From: Anaeramoeba ignava BMAN
Lineage: Eukaryota > Protista > Anaeramoebae
DNA: 64,000 bases
NCBI GenBank assembly: GCA_028826165.1
Contig: JAPDFW010000060.1
Coordinates: 372,001-436,000 of the forward strand
Direction: 5' to 3'
The notes under the pieces are model-generated. The model had not been told where the DNA came from. It ran no database searches and was given only the letters and a program-made list of their open reading frames with translations. Positions 62,601-64,000 of the stretch are shown here, piece after piece (position 1 is the first letter of the stretch; each line of letters starts with the position of its first letter). The translations under genes and the position numbers were made by a program.

Positions 62601-64000
62601 AAAACCAAATAGAAATTAGAAATTTAAAAGGAATTGAACCTATTATTAAAGCAATGAATAATTTCCCAAATAATCAAAATATTCAAGAAAAAGGATGTGG
62701 AGCTTTACAGAATATTGCTGCTAATGATGGTAAATAAATAAAAAATCAAATAAATCCAAAAATCTAAATAATATTTATTTTCCATTTTTTTTTAAAATTA
62801 AAAATTAAAAATTAAATCAAAAAATAATCAAAAAATAATTACAAAAAATAAATTAAAATTAAATAAATTTACAAAATAATAAATAAATAATTATTAATTA
62901 TTAATCAAAATCAAAATCAAAATTAATTAATTCCAAATTTATTTTCAAAAATAAAAATATCAAAAATAGAAAACAAAATAGAAATTAGAAATTTAAAAGG
63001 AATTAAACCTATTATTAAAGCAATGAATAATTTCCCAAATAATGAAGATATTCAAAATGAAGGATGTGGAGCTTTAAAGAATATTGCTAATAATAAAGGT
63101 AAATAAAATTAATAAATAAATTGAAAAAAATTATTTATTTTCCATTTTTTTTTTGAAATTAAAAATTAAAAATTAAATCAAAAAATAATCAAAAAATAAT
63201 TACAAAAAATAAATTAAAATTAAATAAATTTACAAAATAATAAATAAATATTAATTATTAATTAAAATCAAAATAAAAATTAATTAATTTCAAATTTATT
63301 TTCAAAAATAAAAATATCAAAAATAGAAAACAAAATTGAAATTAGAAATTTAAAAGGAATTGAACCTATTATTAAAGCAATGAATAATTTCCCAAATAAT
63401 CAAAATATTCAAGAAAAAGGATGTGGAGCTTTATTGAATATTTCTGTTAATAAAGGTAAATAAAAATAAAATAAATCCAAAAATCCAAATAATATTTATT
63501 TTCCATTTTTTTTTTGAAATTAAAAATTAAAAATTAAATCAAAAAATAATCAAAAAATAATTACAAAAAATAAATTAAAATTAAATAAATTTACAAAATA
63601 ATAAATAAATAATTATTAATTGTTAATCAAAATCAAAATAAAAATTAATTAATTTCAAATTTATTTTCAAAAAATAAAAAATAATTAAAAAATAGAAAAC
63701 GAAATAGAAATTAAGAATTTAAAAGGAATTGAACCTATTATTAAATCAATGAATAATTTCCCAAATAATCAAAATATTCAATGGAGAGGATGTGGAGCTT
63801 TATGGAATATTGCTGTTAATAAAGGTAAATAAATAAAAATAAAAAATCAAAAATCTAAATAATTTTTTTTGAAATTAAAAATTAAAAATTAAATCAAAAA
63901 ATAATCAAAAAATAATTCCAAAAAATAAATTAAAATTAAATAAATTTACAAAATAATAAATAAATAATTATTAATTATTAATTAAAATCAAAATAAAAAT
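59605..64000 (+). CDS. BTB - coiled coil - tandem armadillo-repeat protein (runs off window end)
   Basis: Exon 1 59605-61567 (MG start, QN tract, BTB TSDFQI..CHKSILEARSKYF, coiled coil). Phase-1 ARM exons at 61693-61809, 61900-62031, 62261-62389, 62601-62729, 62970-63098, 63327-63455, 63696-63824. Confidence 0.85.
62030..64000 (+). repeat. Tandem exon+intron duplication, ~340-370 bp unit, one 129-nt ARM exon per unit
   Basis: Near-identical exons and introns seen directly. Confidence 0.93.

Noticed and set aside
62030-64000. CRISPR-like repeat/spacer appearance
   Set aside because: The units are ~360 bp exon+intron duplications with GT-AG sites in a eukaryotic gene. There are no cas genes and no unique spacers.
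1-64000. Alternative genetic code (stop reassignment)
   Set aside because: Conserved genes such as HSP70 translate fully with the standard code, and TAA, TAG and TGA all terminate genes.

Overview
Extremely AT-rich, intron-rich eukaryotic (protist-like) genomic DNA using the standard code. The BTB/ankyrin/ARM expansions and Crypton-like recombinase resemble an Anaeramoeba-type metamonad, but this is inference only. The left third holds a Crypton-like tyrosine recombinase, LINE-RT relics, an FG-GAP/FN3 membrane protein, and three paralogous RING-kinase exons. By manual splice tracing each kinase exon joins a different C-terminal module: a RhoGEF DH-PH, a degenerate Rab-like GTPase, and ARM plus ankyrin repeats. 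The main discovery is in the third gene (16533-23621). Its ankyrin repeats are 96-nt phase-0 exons, and the beta-hairpin residues between them are encoded by arrays of 3-nt single-codon microexons (AG|NNN|GTA; 36 counted, none a stop codon, 2-10 per array). This could let splicing diversify the ankyrin binding loops combinatorially. At the right end, a BTB gene carries a tandem array of near-identical one-ARM-repeat exons with variation concentrated at a few predicted binding positions. The middle holds housekeeping genes (HSP70, TMEM128-like, myosin-I-like, SAPS, G-alpha, SCP phosphatase), often with microsatellite-inflated introns, plus several ~143-148 bp AT satellites. All exon models were read by eye and need RNA-seq confirmation.
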